DNA of 64,000 nucleotides from Candidatus Paceibacter sp. (GTDB lineage Bacteria; Patescibacteriota; Patescibacteriia; S139-126). Where the stretch lies: NCBI GenBank assembly GCA_020724865.1, contig DYGA01000002.1:98657-162656 (forward strand), given 5' to 3'. The translations under genes were made by a program, and so were the position numbers. The notes under the pieces were generated by a model. That model was not told where the DNA came from. It searched no databases and saw nothing but the letters and a program-made list of their open reading frames with translations. Below are positions 55,430 to 64,000 of the stretch, one piece after another. The stretch's first letter is position 1. Each line of letters opens with the position of its first letter.

Positions 55430-57367
55430 ATGTCCAGAAGAACCAAATATCGCCAAGCTCTAGCAGCTGGAACTCCTGATATGTTTACAATAAGTTTTTC
55501 CCAGCGCTTAAAAAACTTAGAAACTCGCAGCACGCAGGAAAAAATTGTTCATTGGTTAACTCAAGATGAAAAAAATTATGGTTTTGTTTGTTTAACTTCT
55601 TTTGGTAAAACCATAATTGATCTACTATTAGTTGATTACTATCTCAGTCTTGGTTATAAAAAAATTTTGGTTACAGCTCCCACCGAGGAACTTAATATTC
55701 AAATCTTCCAAGATTTCAATAATTTTTACAATTTTTCTGAAGAAGAAATTGTTCAATTGGCCGGAGTAGGAAAGACTAAAAGACAACAGTGGTGGCAAAA
55801 TGATAATTGTCGGGTTTATATTTCTACCCCTCACAACGTAGCTAATGATTTAGCCAGAAATGTTATTTCGTCTGATTATTTTCAATTAATAATCATAGAT
55901 GAAGCTCATCACGGAATAAAAAAATTTCCCTATACAGATATTACTGCCCGTTGTCATCATCATGCTAAAATAATTGCCCAAACTGCCGTGCCCGGGACAA
56001 TTTCCGATCGTGAGCAGTCAGCTAAGGCTTTGTGTTTAGATGGTGGCTGGTGGACAACTTCTCACGCCGAACAATTGGCGTGGCAACAACCCATGGAAAG
56101 AATTATAGTAGAAATACCTTTGGATGATTGGTGGCAACAAACTTGGAAACAAATGTTTGATCGAACGGGAATGTATTATAGCGAATTAGTCGATAATTTT
56201 TATCAAGCAGGTTTAGAAGAAACAGTCCCCTCTAGGTTTAAATTATTGTCACAAAAAGATACTAAAGACATACTTCGTAAAATAGATGAGTTAAGGAAAG
56301 TTGATAATTTATTAGGTTTAAAAGCCTTGCACAATTTTGCTTGTGTGCAAAAAATGTTGCATTTGATGAGACAAATTTTCCAAAATTCATTTGAAATGTT
56401 TTTTTCTTATTATGACAGATTAAATCAAGGCGGGAATAAGTCAAATATAAGATTAGCCAAAGAAAATAAACAACTTTATTTAGATGTTAAACATTACTGC
56501 GGTTGGAATCAGGAATTAAAAAAACCTGCAAAACTACATCCAAAGTTATTACGGCTCAAGGAACTGCAAGAAATTTTTTCTACCCAGCAAACTGCTATTT
56601 ATCATTCGTCAATTGAGATGTTACAAGTAGCAAGTTTTTATTTAACAAGTTGGGGTAACGAAAATAATCATTTAATCGGGAAAACTCATGTCAATTTACA
56701 GCGCGCCAAAGATAGAAAAAAAATCAGACATGAATTTAATAATCGTCAAGATGGAATTTTACAAATTTCATCTGTTGGCAGCGAAGGTTTGCACTTAAAA
56801 AATTTGCAAAATTTAATTTTCTACGGACAGCCAAATACACCAAATTTTTTGGCCAATGCCGAAGGCAGAGTTGGTCGCGATAATCCGGGTAAAGTTTGGC
56901 ATCTATTATTTTCCCAATTTGATCGAGCAATGTACTATGCAAACGACTATAAAAGGGAGCAGATGTACGAAAAAATAAAAGTAATACCAGACGTTTATGT
57001 TCCCAATAAAAAAGTAAAAATGCATAATATTGATGCTACCCATTTGCCAAAAAAAATAGTTGATCAAAATAATTCAGTGATAAGGGAAATATTTTTTTTA
57101 CAGCAAGTGACTATTACTGAAATAATTAGTAAAGGAAAAATTTCCGGTTATAAATTTATTGGTAAAGCAAGTAAAGGCGAAGAAATAGTCAATATTATAC
57201 AGGTGTTAACTTGTAATCAAAAAGAAGAAGTAGTTAGATTGCAAAGTTTATGTGGGAAACAGATTATAGTCTCAGGCAAAGTTTATGTGGAAGATATTTT
57301 TGATTACAAAATTATAAATATTGTAGTTTCAGATTTAACAGAAAAACAGGGTATTATCCCGGTGTAA
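55430..57367 (+). CDS. Hef/FANCM(MPH1)-like SF2 helicase, divergent, no ERCC4 nuclease domain recognised
   Basis: TSFGKT, APT, STP..V.NDL, DEAHH, TAVPG, HPKL, SVGSEGL, GRVGR. Confidence 0.75.
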   Translation: MSRRTKYRQALAAGTPDMFTISFSQRLKNLETRSTQEKIVHWLTQDEKNYGFVCLTSFGKTIIDLLLVDYYLSLGYKKILVTAPTEELNIQIFQDFNNFYNFSEEEIVQLAGVGKTKRQQWWQNDNCRVYISTPHNVANDLARNVISSDYFQLIIIDEAHHGIKKFPYTDITARCHHHAKIIAQTAVPGTISDREQSAKALCLDGGWWTTSHAEQLAWQQPMERIIVEIPLDDWWQQTWKQMFDRTGMYYSELVDNFYQAGLEETVPSRFKLLSQKDTKDILRKIDELRKVDNLLGLKALHNFACVQKMLHLMRQIFQNSFEMFFSYYDRLNQGGNKSNIRLAKENKQLYLDVKHYCGWNQELKKPAKLHPKLLRLKELQEIFSTQQTAIYHSSIEMLQVASFYLTSWGNENNHLIGKTHVNLQRAKDRKKIRHEFNNRQDGILQISSVGSEGLHLKNLQNLIFYGQPNTPNFLANAEGRVGRDNPGKVWHLLFSQFDRAMYYANDYKREQMYEKIKVIPDVYVPNKKVKMHNIDATHLPKKIVDQNNSVIREIFFLQQVTITEIISKGKISGYKFIGKASKGEEIVNIIQVLTCNQKEEVVRLQSLCGKQIIVSGKVYVEDIFDYKIINIVVSDLTEKQGIIPV

Positions 57368-57378
57368 ATTAATTTATC

Positions 57379-57404
57379 GTCCCGAATTTATTTCGGGACT
57401 TTTT
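57379..57404 (+). terminator. Intrinsic terminator
   Basis: GTCCCGAA-TTTAT-TTCGGGAC then TTTTT. Confidence 0.8.
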
Positions 57405-57611
57405 ATTGACCTAAATAAATCTTTATGGTAATTTAGCAAAAATAAAGTGGTAAAAAATTCATTTTTAAAATAAAATAGTTTTACTATTGCACTTTAAAAA
57501 AATGTAAAATTAGCAAAACTTTAAGTAAAGTTTTTTCCAAGGAAGATATTTATCAATTGTATATAAAAATTAATTTTTAAATTTTTCGTCACTATAAAAG
57601 GAGGACTAGTC

Positions 57612-58157
57612 ATGAAAATAAAAGAAGATTACGTCAGAAAAATTTTTTCTTCGTTTGATTTAAAAAAAATTATAAATTTTCCCCCAAATAAAATAATTGA
57701 CAGTCATCACGAAAAAAATATTTTAGCCATATTTTTGCATGTTATAATAACCTATTTTTTAGATGAAATTTCTAAAGAGCCTGATAAATATGGATTACGT
57801 CGAGTATTAGATTTGGTACCACAATACAGATTGACTAGAAGAGGTTTGTTGCAGACAAAAATAACCAACTTAGACATTATTTATTTTATGAACTATCAAG
57901 ATTTGATCTACGAACAAAATAGAAAGGATGATCAAAAAAATTTTTTTATAGCATGTGAATTTGGTTTATCCGGGGAAAGAAAATTGGTTAATAAATTTTT
58001 TAAACACTTACGAAGTTATATAAGACAGAGACAATTTAATCTTTGGTATAAAAAAGCTTGCGCCTGGCTTTTAGTACAAACAAATTACAATTTATTACCT
58101 ACCGAGATAAAAAAATATTTTCATTGGAACCAACTAAAATTAGGTCCAAAGGTCTAG
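57612..58157 (+). CDS. Orphan hypothetical protein
   Basis: GAGGA SD; TTGACC at 57406; terminator CTAGCCAC/GTGGCTAG over the stop. Confidence 0.65.
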   Translation: MKIKEDYVRKIFSSFDLKKIINFPPNKIIDSHHEKNILAIFLHVIITYFLDEISKEPDKYGLRRVLDLVPQYRLTRRGLLQTKITNLDIIYFMNYQDLIYEQNRKDDQKNFFIACEFGLSGERKLVNKFFKHLRSYIRQRQFNLWYKKACAWLLVQTNYNLLPTEIKKYFHWNQLKLGPKV

Positions 58158-58231
58158 CCACATATCAGTGGCTAGTTTTTATATAAATAATTTGCTAAAA
58201 AACCGAAATCTTATTATAATTAGTTAGATTT

Positions 58232-59629
58232 ATGGAAAAAAAATCAAAACAAATCAATCAAAATAAGATGGAAAAATTAGTGGCTTTACTAAAACGCCGT
58301 GGTTTTATTTTTCCTTCTTCAGATATATACGGTGGTATTCAAGCGGCTTATGATTATGGTCCTTTAGGGGTTGAGTTAAAAAATAATATCAAACGCGCTT
58401 GGTGGAAACGTTTTGTTCAAAGTAAACTGGATATGGTTGGTTTAGATGCAGCGATTATTATGCATCCCAAGGTTTGGGAAGCATCAGGTCATGTTAAAAA
58501 TTTTACTGACCCATTGGTAGATTGTAAAAAATGTAAAAAAAGATTTAGAGCTGATCATTTATTACCTGCCAATGCAAAAAGTCCTGGTTATGACAAAGAA
58601 AAACCTTTTTTTGTTTCTGACTATCAATGTCCTGATTGTGGTGGTGAACTTACTGAAGTCAGACAATTCAATTTGATGTTTCAGACATTTATGGGCCCCT
58701 TGCAAGAAGATGCGGCCAAAGTATATCTTAGGCCTGAGACTGCGGGCGGTATATTTGTAAATTTTAAAAATGTTGTTGATAGTATGCGTTTGCGCGTACC
58801 TTTTGGTATAGGACAAATTGGCAAAGCTTTTCGTAACGAAATAACAGTAGAAAATTTCATTTTCCGTACGCGTGAATTTGAACAAATGGAAGTAGAATAT
58901 TTTGTTCATCCTCGGGAGTGGGAAAAATATTTTAATGAATGGTTGGAAATTATGAAAGGTTGGTGTAAATTTTTAGGCATTAAAGATAGTAATTTACACC
59001 TTCAGGAAATTCCTGAAAGTGAAAGGGCATTTTATTCTCAGCGTACAATAGATTTTGAATACGATTATCCGTTTGGACGTAAAGAATTATACGGTTTAGC
59101 TTATCGAACTGATTATGATTTAAAACAACACCAAAAATTTAGCGGTCAAAGTCTTGAATATACTGATCCACTGACCAAAGAAAAATATATTCCTCATATA
59201 ATTGAACCATCACTAGGGGTTGATCGTTCTGTTTTGGTAGTTTTATTAGAAGCTTATACAGAAATTATTGGCGGTAGAACAACCACAACAGAAGCCACCA
59301 AAGAATTAGAAGTGGTTTTAAGTTTACCTTATGAATTAGCGCCGGTTAAAATAGCTATTTTGCCTTTGGCAAAAAAGGAGTCTTTAGTGGTTATGGCCAA
59401 AAAAATTGCTCAAGATTTAGGTAATAATTACGCTGTCCAGTATGATGAAACTGGTTCTATTGGGCGACGTTATCGTCGTCAAGATGAGATCGGTACGCCT
59501 TATTGTTTGACAATTGATTTTGATACAATTACTGACCAAGCAGTTACAGTTAGAGATCGAGATAGTATGCAACAAGAAAGAGTGGCAATCAAAGATTTGG
59601 ATAATTTTTTTAAGCTTAAGTTTAATTAA
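58232..59629 (+). CDS. glyQS: Glycyl-tRNA synthetase, alpha2 (eukaryote/archaea-like) type
   Basis: YDYGPLG, YLRPETA, FRNEI, FRTREFEQME, IEPSLG, IGRRYRRQDEIGTP. Confidence 0.96.
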   Translation: MEKKSKQINQNKMEKLVALLKRRGFIFPSSDIYGGIQAAYDYGPLGVELKNNIKRAWWKRFVQSKLDMVGLDAAIIMHPKVWEASGHVKNFTDPLVDCKKCKKRFRADHLLPANAKSPGYDKEKPFFVSDYQCPDCGGELTEVRQFNLMFQTFMGPLQEDAAKVYLRPETAGGIFVNFKNVVDSMRLRVPFGIGQIGKAFRNEITVENFIFRTREFEQMEVEYFVHPREWEKYFNEWLEIMKGWCKFLGIKDSNLHLQEIPESERAFYSQRTIDFEYDYPFGRKELYGLAYRTDYDLKQHQKFSGQSLEYTDPLTKEKYIPHIIEPSLGVDRSVLVVLLEAYTEIIGGRTTTTEATKELEVVLSLPYELAPVKIAILPLAKKESLVVMAKKIAQDLGNNYAVQYDETGSIGRRYRRQDEIGTPYCLTIDFDTITDQAVTVRDRDSMQQERVAIKDLDNFFKLKFN

Positions 59630-60897
59630 TGTTTTATAGTTATAAATATAATAATGGTTTAACAGCTATTATTAGCCCTCAATTAGGTACCAAAGCCGCA
59701 ACAGTATTGATAGCGGTTAAGGTTGGTTCACGTTTTGAGCCAAATAAATATAATGGCATTGCTCATTTTACAGAACATCTAATGTTTAAAGGGACAAAGC
59801 GTAGGCCCTCAACTTTATTAATTTCCCGAGAGTTAGATAGTATTGGTGCTGATTACAATGCATTTACTGGTAAAGAATATACTGGTTATTATATTAAAGC
59901 AGACGCTAGACATTTATCTTTATCACTAGATATACTGGCGGATATGTTAAATAATTCTTTATTTTCTGAACAAGAAATTGCTCGAGAAAAGGGAGTGATA
60001 GTTGAAGAGATAAATATGTATGAAGACGCACCGATGATGATGTTGGAAGATGAGTTTGATGCTTGTGCTTATCCAGCTAGCCAGTTGGGTAGAAATATTG
60101 CTGGTACTAAGGAAACAGTTAATTCTTTCACCCGAAAAGATTTTATAAATTTTATTGAACGTTATTATACAGCCAGCAATATGTTAGTAGTAATTGCTGG
60201 TAAGGTTGATCAATTGGCGGCGCAAGAATATATTGAAAAATTATTTAGGCATACAAAAAAAGGAACTGAAAGTAAATTTAAAAAAATTAAAATACAACAA
60301 AAAAAAGCAAAAATTTTAGTAAAAGATAAACAGACAGAACAAATTCATTTAGCGCTTGGTTTTACTGCCAATATTAATCATCGTAGCCCCGTTGTCTTGC
60401 CTCTAAAAATTGCTAACATAGCTTTTGGAGGAAATATGAGTTCAAGATTATTTATTAATATTAGAGAGAGACAGGGATTGTGTTATTATGTGCGTTCTCG
60501 GGTAAACACCTATCATGATACTGGTAGTTTTGTAGTATATGCAGGTTTAGATAAAAATAGATTAGAACAAGCTGTCGGTCTTATTATTAAGGAGTATAAA
60601 AAAATTAAAGCCCAAGGAATAACCAAAAGTGAGTTTAACAAAGCCAAAGATTTCATCAGAGGCAAAACAGTTTTAGCTTTGGAAGATAGTTCTCAGGTTG
60701 CTCAGTGGTATGCTGATCGTTGGTTAAGTGGCCAAAAAATTGAAACTCCTGAACAATATTTAGATCGTTTAGAGAAAATAAATTTAACAGATATAAATCA
60801 AGCTTTAAAACAGGTAATTAATAAACAAAAATTGAATTTAGCCATTATCGGGCAAATAGCTGATAAAAGAAATTTAAATAAATATATTAGTTTTTAA
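59629..60897 (+). CDS. M16 zinc peptidase
   Basis: HFTEHLMFKG inverzincin motif; NAFT; SSRLF..IRERQGL.Y. Confidence 0.93.
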   Translation: MFYSYKYNNGLTAIISPQLGTKAATVLIAVKVGSRFEPNKYNGIAHFTEHLMFKGTKRRPSTLLISRELDSIGADYNAFTGKEYTGYYIKADARHLSLSLDILADMLNNSLFSEQEIAREKGVIVEEINMYEDAPMMMLEDEFDACAYPASQLGRNIAGTKETVNSFTRKDFINFIERYYTASNMLVVIAGKVDQLAAQEYIEKLFRHTKKGTESKFKKIKIQQKKAKILVKDKQTEQIHLALGFTANINHRSPVVLPLKIANIAFGGNMSSRLFINIRERQGLCYYVRSRVNTYHDTGSFVVYAGLDKNRLEQAVGLIIKEYKKIKAQGITKSEFNKAKDFIRGKTVLALEDSSQVAQWYADRWLSGQKIETPEQYLDRLEKINLTDINQALKQVINKQKLNLAIIGQIADKRNLNKYISF

Positions 60898-60907
60898 TTT
60901 TAATTAT

Positions 60908-61972
60908 ATGAATGGAGAAAATAAACAACCAATTACGGTGACAGTATCAACTTTGACCTTTTTTAAAGTTGTTATGGTATTGTTGATTTTGGGCTTTGTT
61001 TGGATAGTGCGGGATATATTATTTTTGTTATTAATATCTTTAGTTTTAGCGGCAGCATTTGATCCTTGGGTAGACTGGTTGCAAACCAAAAAAATTCCTA
61101 GATCAATTAGTATTTTAGGAATTTATATTATTATGTTGAGTATTTTTTCTTTGGCAATTGGTTTGATGGTGCCGGTAGTTTTGGAACAAAGCAACGAGTT
61201 AATAAAAAATTTACCCAGTTTTATAAATCAATTTACGCAATGGCTGACTAATGTCAGATCTACTGCTGTTGGTTATGAGATTATTGATAATATAAAACTC
61301 GCATTGTCAGGCTGGCAAACCAATTTAGGACAAAGTTCCGGTAGCATATTGACTTTTGTCGGTGGATTTTTTGGCACGGTTATATCTTTATTTTCCGTTT
61401 TGGTTATGACTTTTTATATGATTATTGAAGAAGGTAATACAAAAAAATTTATTACTTCAATTAGTCCTAAAAAATATCAAAATTATTTAATTGAATTGAT
61501 GGACCGTATTTCATTGCGTATGGGTCACTGGCTACGGGGGCAAATTATTTTAAGTTTTGCCGTTGGTTTGCTAGTTTATATTGGTTTGAAAATTTTAGGT
61601 ATAAAATATGCTTTTGTATTAGCTTTGATTTCCGCCATTACCGAAATTATTCCTTACGTTGGTCCTTTTTTGGGCGCATTGCCCGGAGTGTTAATTGGTT
61701 TTACGATTTCACCTTGGACGGGCATATTTACTATTTTACTTTATTTTATTATTCAACAAATGGAAAATAGTTTTTTGACGCCAAAGATTATGTCAAAAGC
61801 GGTAGGTTTGAATCCAGTAATTGTAATTTTGTCAATTTTAATTGGTGCTAAAATCGGCGGTCCAGTAGGGGCGATTATTTCCATACCAGTAGCAATTATT
61901 TTGAGTATTTTTTTGAAAGATTTTATGGATTATCCTTGGCAATATAAAGGTGATGAAAAGTTAAGTAAATAG
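60908..61972 (+). CDS. AI-2E family transporter
   Basis: LRGQ, IPYVGP, QQMEN...P.IM, GAIISIP. Confidence 0.9.
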   Translation: MNGENKQPITVTVSTLTFFKVVMVLLILGFVWIVRDILFLLLISLVLAAAFDPWVDWLQTKKIPRSISILGIYIIMLSIFSLAIGLMVPVVLEQSNELIKNLPSFINQFTQWLTNVRSTAVGYEIIDNIKLALSGWQTNLGQSSGSILTFVGGFFGTVISLFSVLVMTFYMIIEEGNTKKFITSISPKKYQNYLIELMDRISLRMGHWLRGQIILSFAVGLLVYIGLKILGIKYAFVLALISAITEIIPYVGPFLGALPGVLIGFTISPWTGIFTILLYFIIQQMENSFLTPKIMSKAVGLNPVIVILSILIGAKIGGPVGAIISIPVAIILSIFLKDFMDYPWQYKGDEKLSK

Positions 61973-61977
61973 TAATT

Positions 61978-62658
61978 ATGAATTTATATGTTATTGCTAC
62001 GCCCATTGGTAATTTAGAAGATATAACAATTCGGGCATTAAATATTTTAAAAATCGTTGATTTTATAGTTTGCGAGGATACCAGAGTTACTAAAAGATTG
62101 TTAGAACATTATCAGATAAGTAAACCGCTTTTCAGTTACCACCAGCATTCTGGCGAGCGTGTTATAGAAAAAATAAAAGAGTTATTAAAAGCAGATCAAA
62201 GCATTGCTTATTTATCAGACGCAGGCACCCCAGGTATATCTGATCCGGGCGGAAAATTGGTAGAAACTTTAGTTAAAGAATTTGATGATAATTTAAAAAT
62301 CATACCACTACCTGGTCCGTCCGCGATTTTAGCAGCTTTGTCTGTTAGCGGATTTCCAACTGACAGTTTTTTGTTTCTAGGTTTTGTACCCAATAAGAAA
62401 GGTAGACAAACTTATCTCAAACAAATAGCTGAACAAAATATTACGGTGGTTTGTTATGAATCTGTTTATAGAATCGAAAAGTTTTTAAATGAAATTGATC
62501 TTTTAATGCCAAAACGTAAACTTATGCTGGGCAGAGAGTTAACAAAAAAGTTTGAATGTCTATATCGTGGCTATCCGCATGAAATTTTAGTTAAATTAAA
62601 AAATGATAAAGTTAAAGGAGAATTTGTAATTGTATTTGCTCCAGCTAATTTTAAATAA
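61978..62658 (+). CDS. rsmI: 16S rRNA C1402 2'-O-methyltransferase
   Basis: ATPIGNLEDIT, CEDTR, SDAGTPGISDPG, RELTK.FE. Confidence 0.95.
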   Translation: MNLYVIATPIGNLEDITIRALNILKIVDFIVCEDTRVTKRLLEHYQISKPLFSYHQHSGERVIEKIKELLKADQSIAYLSDAGTPGISDPGGKLVETLVKEFDDNLKIIPLPGPSAILAALSVSGFPTDSFLFLGFVPNKKGRQTYLKQIAEQNITVVCYESVYRIEKFLNEIDLLMPKRKLMLGRELTKKFECLYRGYPHEILVKLKNDKVKGEFVIVFAPANFK

Positions 62659-62660
62659 AT

Positions 62661-64000
62661 ATGTCAAAAGATAAATATATTTATATTACCACAGCTATAG
62701 ATTATGTGAATGCTCAACCGCATTTAGGGCATGCTTTAGAAAAAGTTCAGGCTGATGTTTTTGCCAGATATTGGCGTGGTCGGAATCAGAAAGTGTGGTT
62801 TTTAACTGGTACCGATGAACATGGTACTAAAAATTTTGAAAGTGCTAGAAAACTTGGTATGGATCCGCAAGATTTTGTTGATCAAAACGCAGTTAAATTT
62901 AAAAAACTAGTTGAAGTTTATAATATTTCCAATGATGATTTTATAAGAACTACTGACCAAAAAAGGCATTGGCCAGCAGTAGTTAAAATGTGGCAGCAAC
63001 TAATGCAGAAAGGTGATTTATTTAAAGATACTTATGAAGGTTTGTATTGTGTTGGTTGTGAAGAATTTAAATTACCAAAAGATTTGGTCGATGGAAAATG
63101 TCCAGATCATAATCGTGAGCCGGAATTGTTGCACGAAGAAAATTATTTTTTTAATCTTGGTAAATATACGCAGATTATTATTGAAAAAATTACCAGCGGT
63201 GACTTGGAAATTATTCCAAAAAGTCGTGCCAATGAAATATTAAATATTTTGCAAGCCGGATTTGATCGAGTGAGTTTTTCTCGTCCTAGAAAAAAATTGA
63301 ATTGGGGCGTGCCAGTACCCAATGATCCAGACCAAGTAATGTATGTTTGGTGTGATGCTCTAACCAATTATATATCAGCATTAGGATATGCTGAAAATAG
63401 CGAAAAATATCAAAATTTTTGGCAAAACGGACACATAACTCATTTTATTGGTAAGGGTATTTTGCGATTTCATGCAGCTATTTGGCCGGCTATGTTGTTA
63501 GCTGCGGGATTAAAATTACCAAACCGTTTATTTGTTCATGGTTATATAACTGTTGATGGTAAAAAAATGTCTAAATCTCTTGGTAATGTAATAGATCCTC
63601 TAGCTTTAGTAGAAAGATACAATGTTGATCCTTTACGCTATTATTTATTGAAAGAAATTCCTGCTACTGGTGATGGAGATTTTTCTGAAAAGAGGTTTAA
63701 AGAAATTTATAATTCAGATTTAACTAATGGTTTAGGTAATTTAATATCTCGTACTACCAATATGATCGCCAGTTATTTAGCTGGGCAGATTGATCGGGCG
63801 GTGGTTGATGATTTTAACTGGTCACGAATTGACGAATATACAGAAAATTTCCAGTATGATCAGGCACTAACTGAAATTAAAAATATTGTAGATCAACTAA
63901 ATAAAGCTATTGATGATGCAAAGCCTTGGCATTTGATTAAAACAGGCAGCGAAGATGATATAAAAAAAATAAAAAATGTTTTATCATTAGTGGCTGTTTC
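62661..64000 (+). CDS. metG: Methionyl-tRNA synthetase (3'-truncated by window; absent from ORF track)
   Basis: ITTAIDYVNAQPHLGHA, TGTDEHG, YVWCDAL.NY, KMSKSLGN. Confidence 0.95.
   Translation, partial: MSKDKYIYITTAIDYVNAQPHLGHALEKVQADVFARYWRGRNQKVWFLTGTDEHGTKNFESARKLGMDPQDFVDQNAVKFKKLVEVYNISNDDFIRTTDQKRHWPAVVKMWQQLMQKGDLFKDTYEGLYCVGCEEFKLPKDLVDGKCPDHNREPELLHEENYFFNLGKYTQIIIEKITSGDLEIIPKSRANEILNILQAGFDRVSFSRPRKKLNWGVPVPNDPDQVMYVWCDALTNYISALGYAENSEKYQNFWQNGHITHFIGKGILRFHAAIWPAMLLAAGLKLPNRLFVHGYITVDGKKMSKSLGNVIDPLALVERYNVDPLRYYLLKEIPATGDGDFSEKRFKEIYNSDLTNGLGNLISRTTNMIASYLAGQIDRAVVDDFNWSRIDEYTENFQYDQALTEIKNIVDQLNKAIDDAKPWHLIKTGSEDDIKKIKNVLSLVAV

Overview
AT-rich, gene-dense bacterial chromosome segment using the standard code (TGA = stop). 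Gene content points to a Patescibacteria/CPR (Parcubacteria-like) genome; this assignment is inference. It holds a full type IV pilus cluster (pilM-N-O-P-like, pilB, receiver protein, degenerate pilT, pilC, major pilin, pilD, four minor pilins). Housekeeping genes include rlmE, ligA, gatCA, trxB, dsbA-like, lgt, infC-rpmI-rplT, smpB, argS, ileS, recO, tgt, rarA, glyQS, rsmI and partial metG, plus tRNA-Asp(GUC) and tmRNA. No CRISPR array, transposase, integrase or rRNA was seen. Most notable: (1) a minimal group-3-like [NiFe]-hydrogenase (large subunit plus a truncated small subunit) facing a hypC-like/EamA/His-rich/protease operon, with no hypABDEF in the window; (2) an orphan operon whose 5' leader sequesters its own Shine-Dalgarno (SD) site; (3) two unannotated GC-rich structured RNA candidates between ligA and gatC; (4) an unannotated transcription unit encoding two microproteins; (5) a membrane-anchored Clp ATPase lacking both pore-loop tyrosines; (6) a split between leaderless core genes and SD-led, self-contained orphan cassettes. 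All calls come from reading the sequence by eye; no database searches or folding were run.
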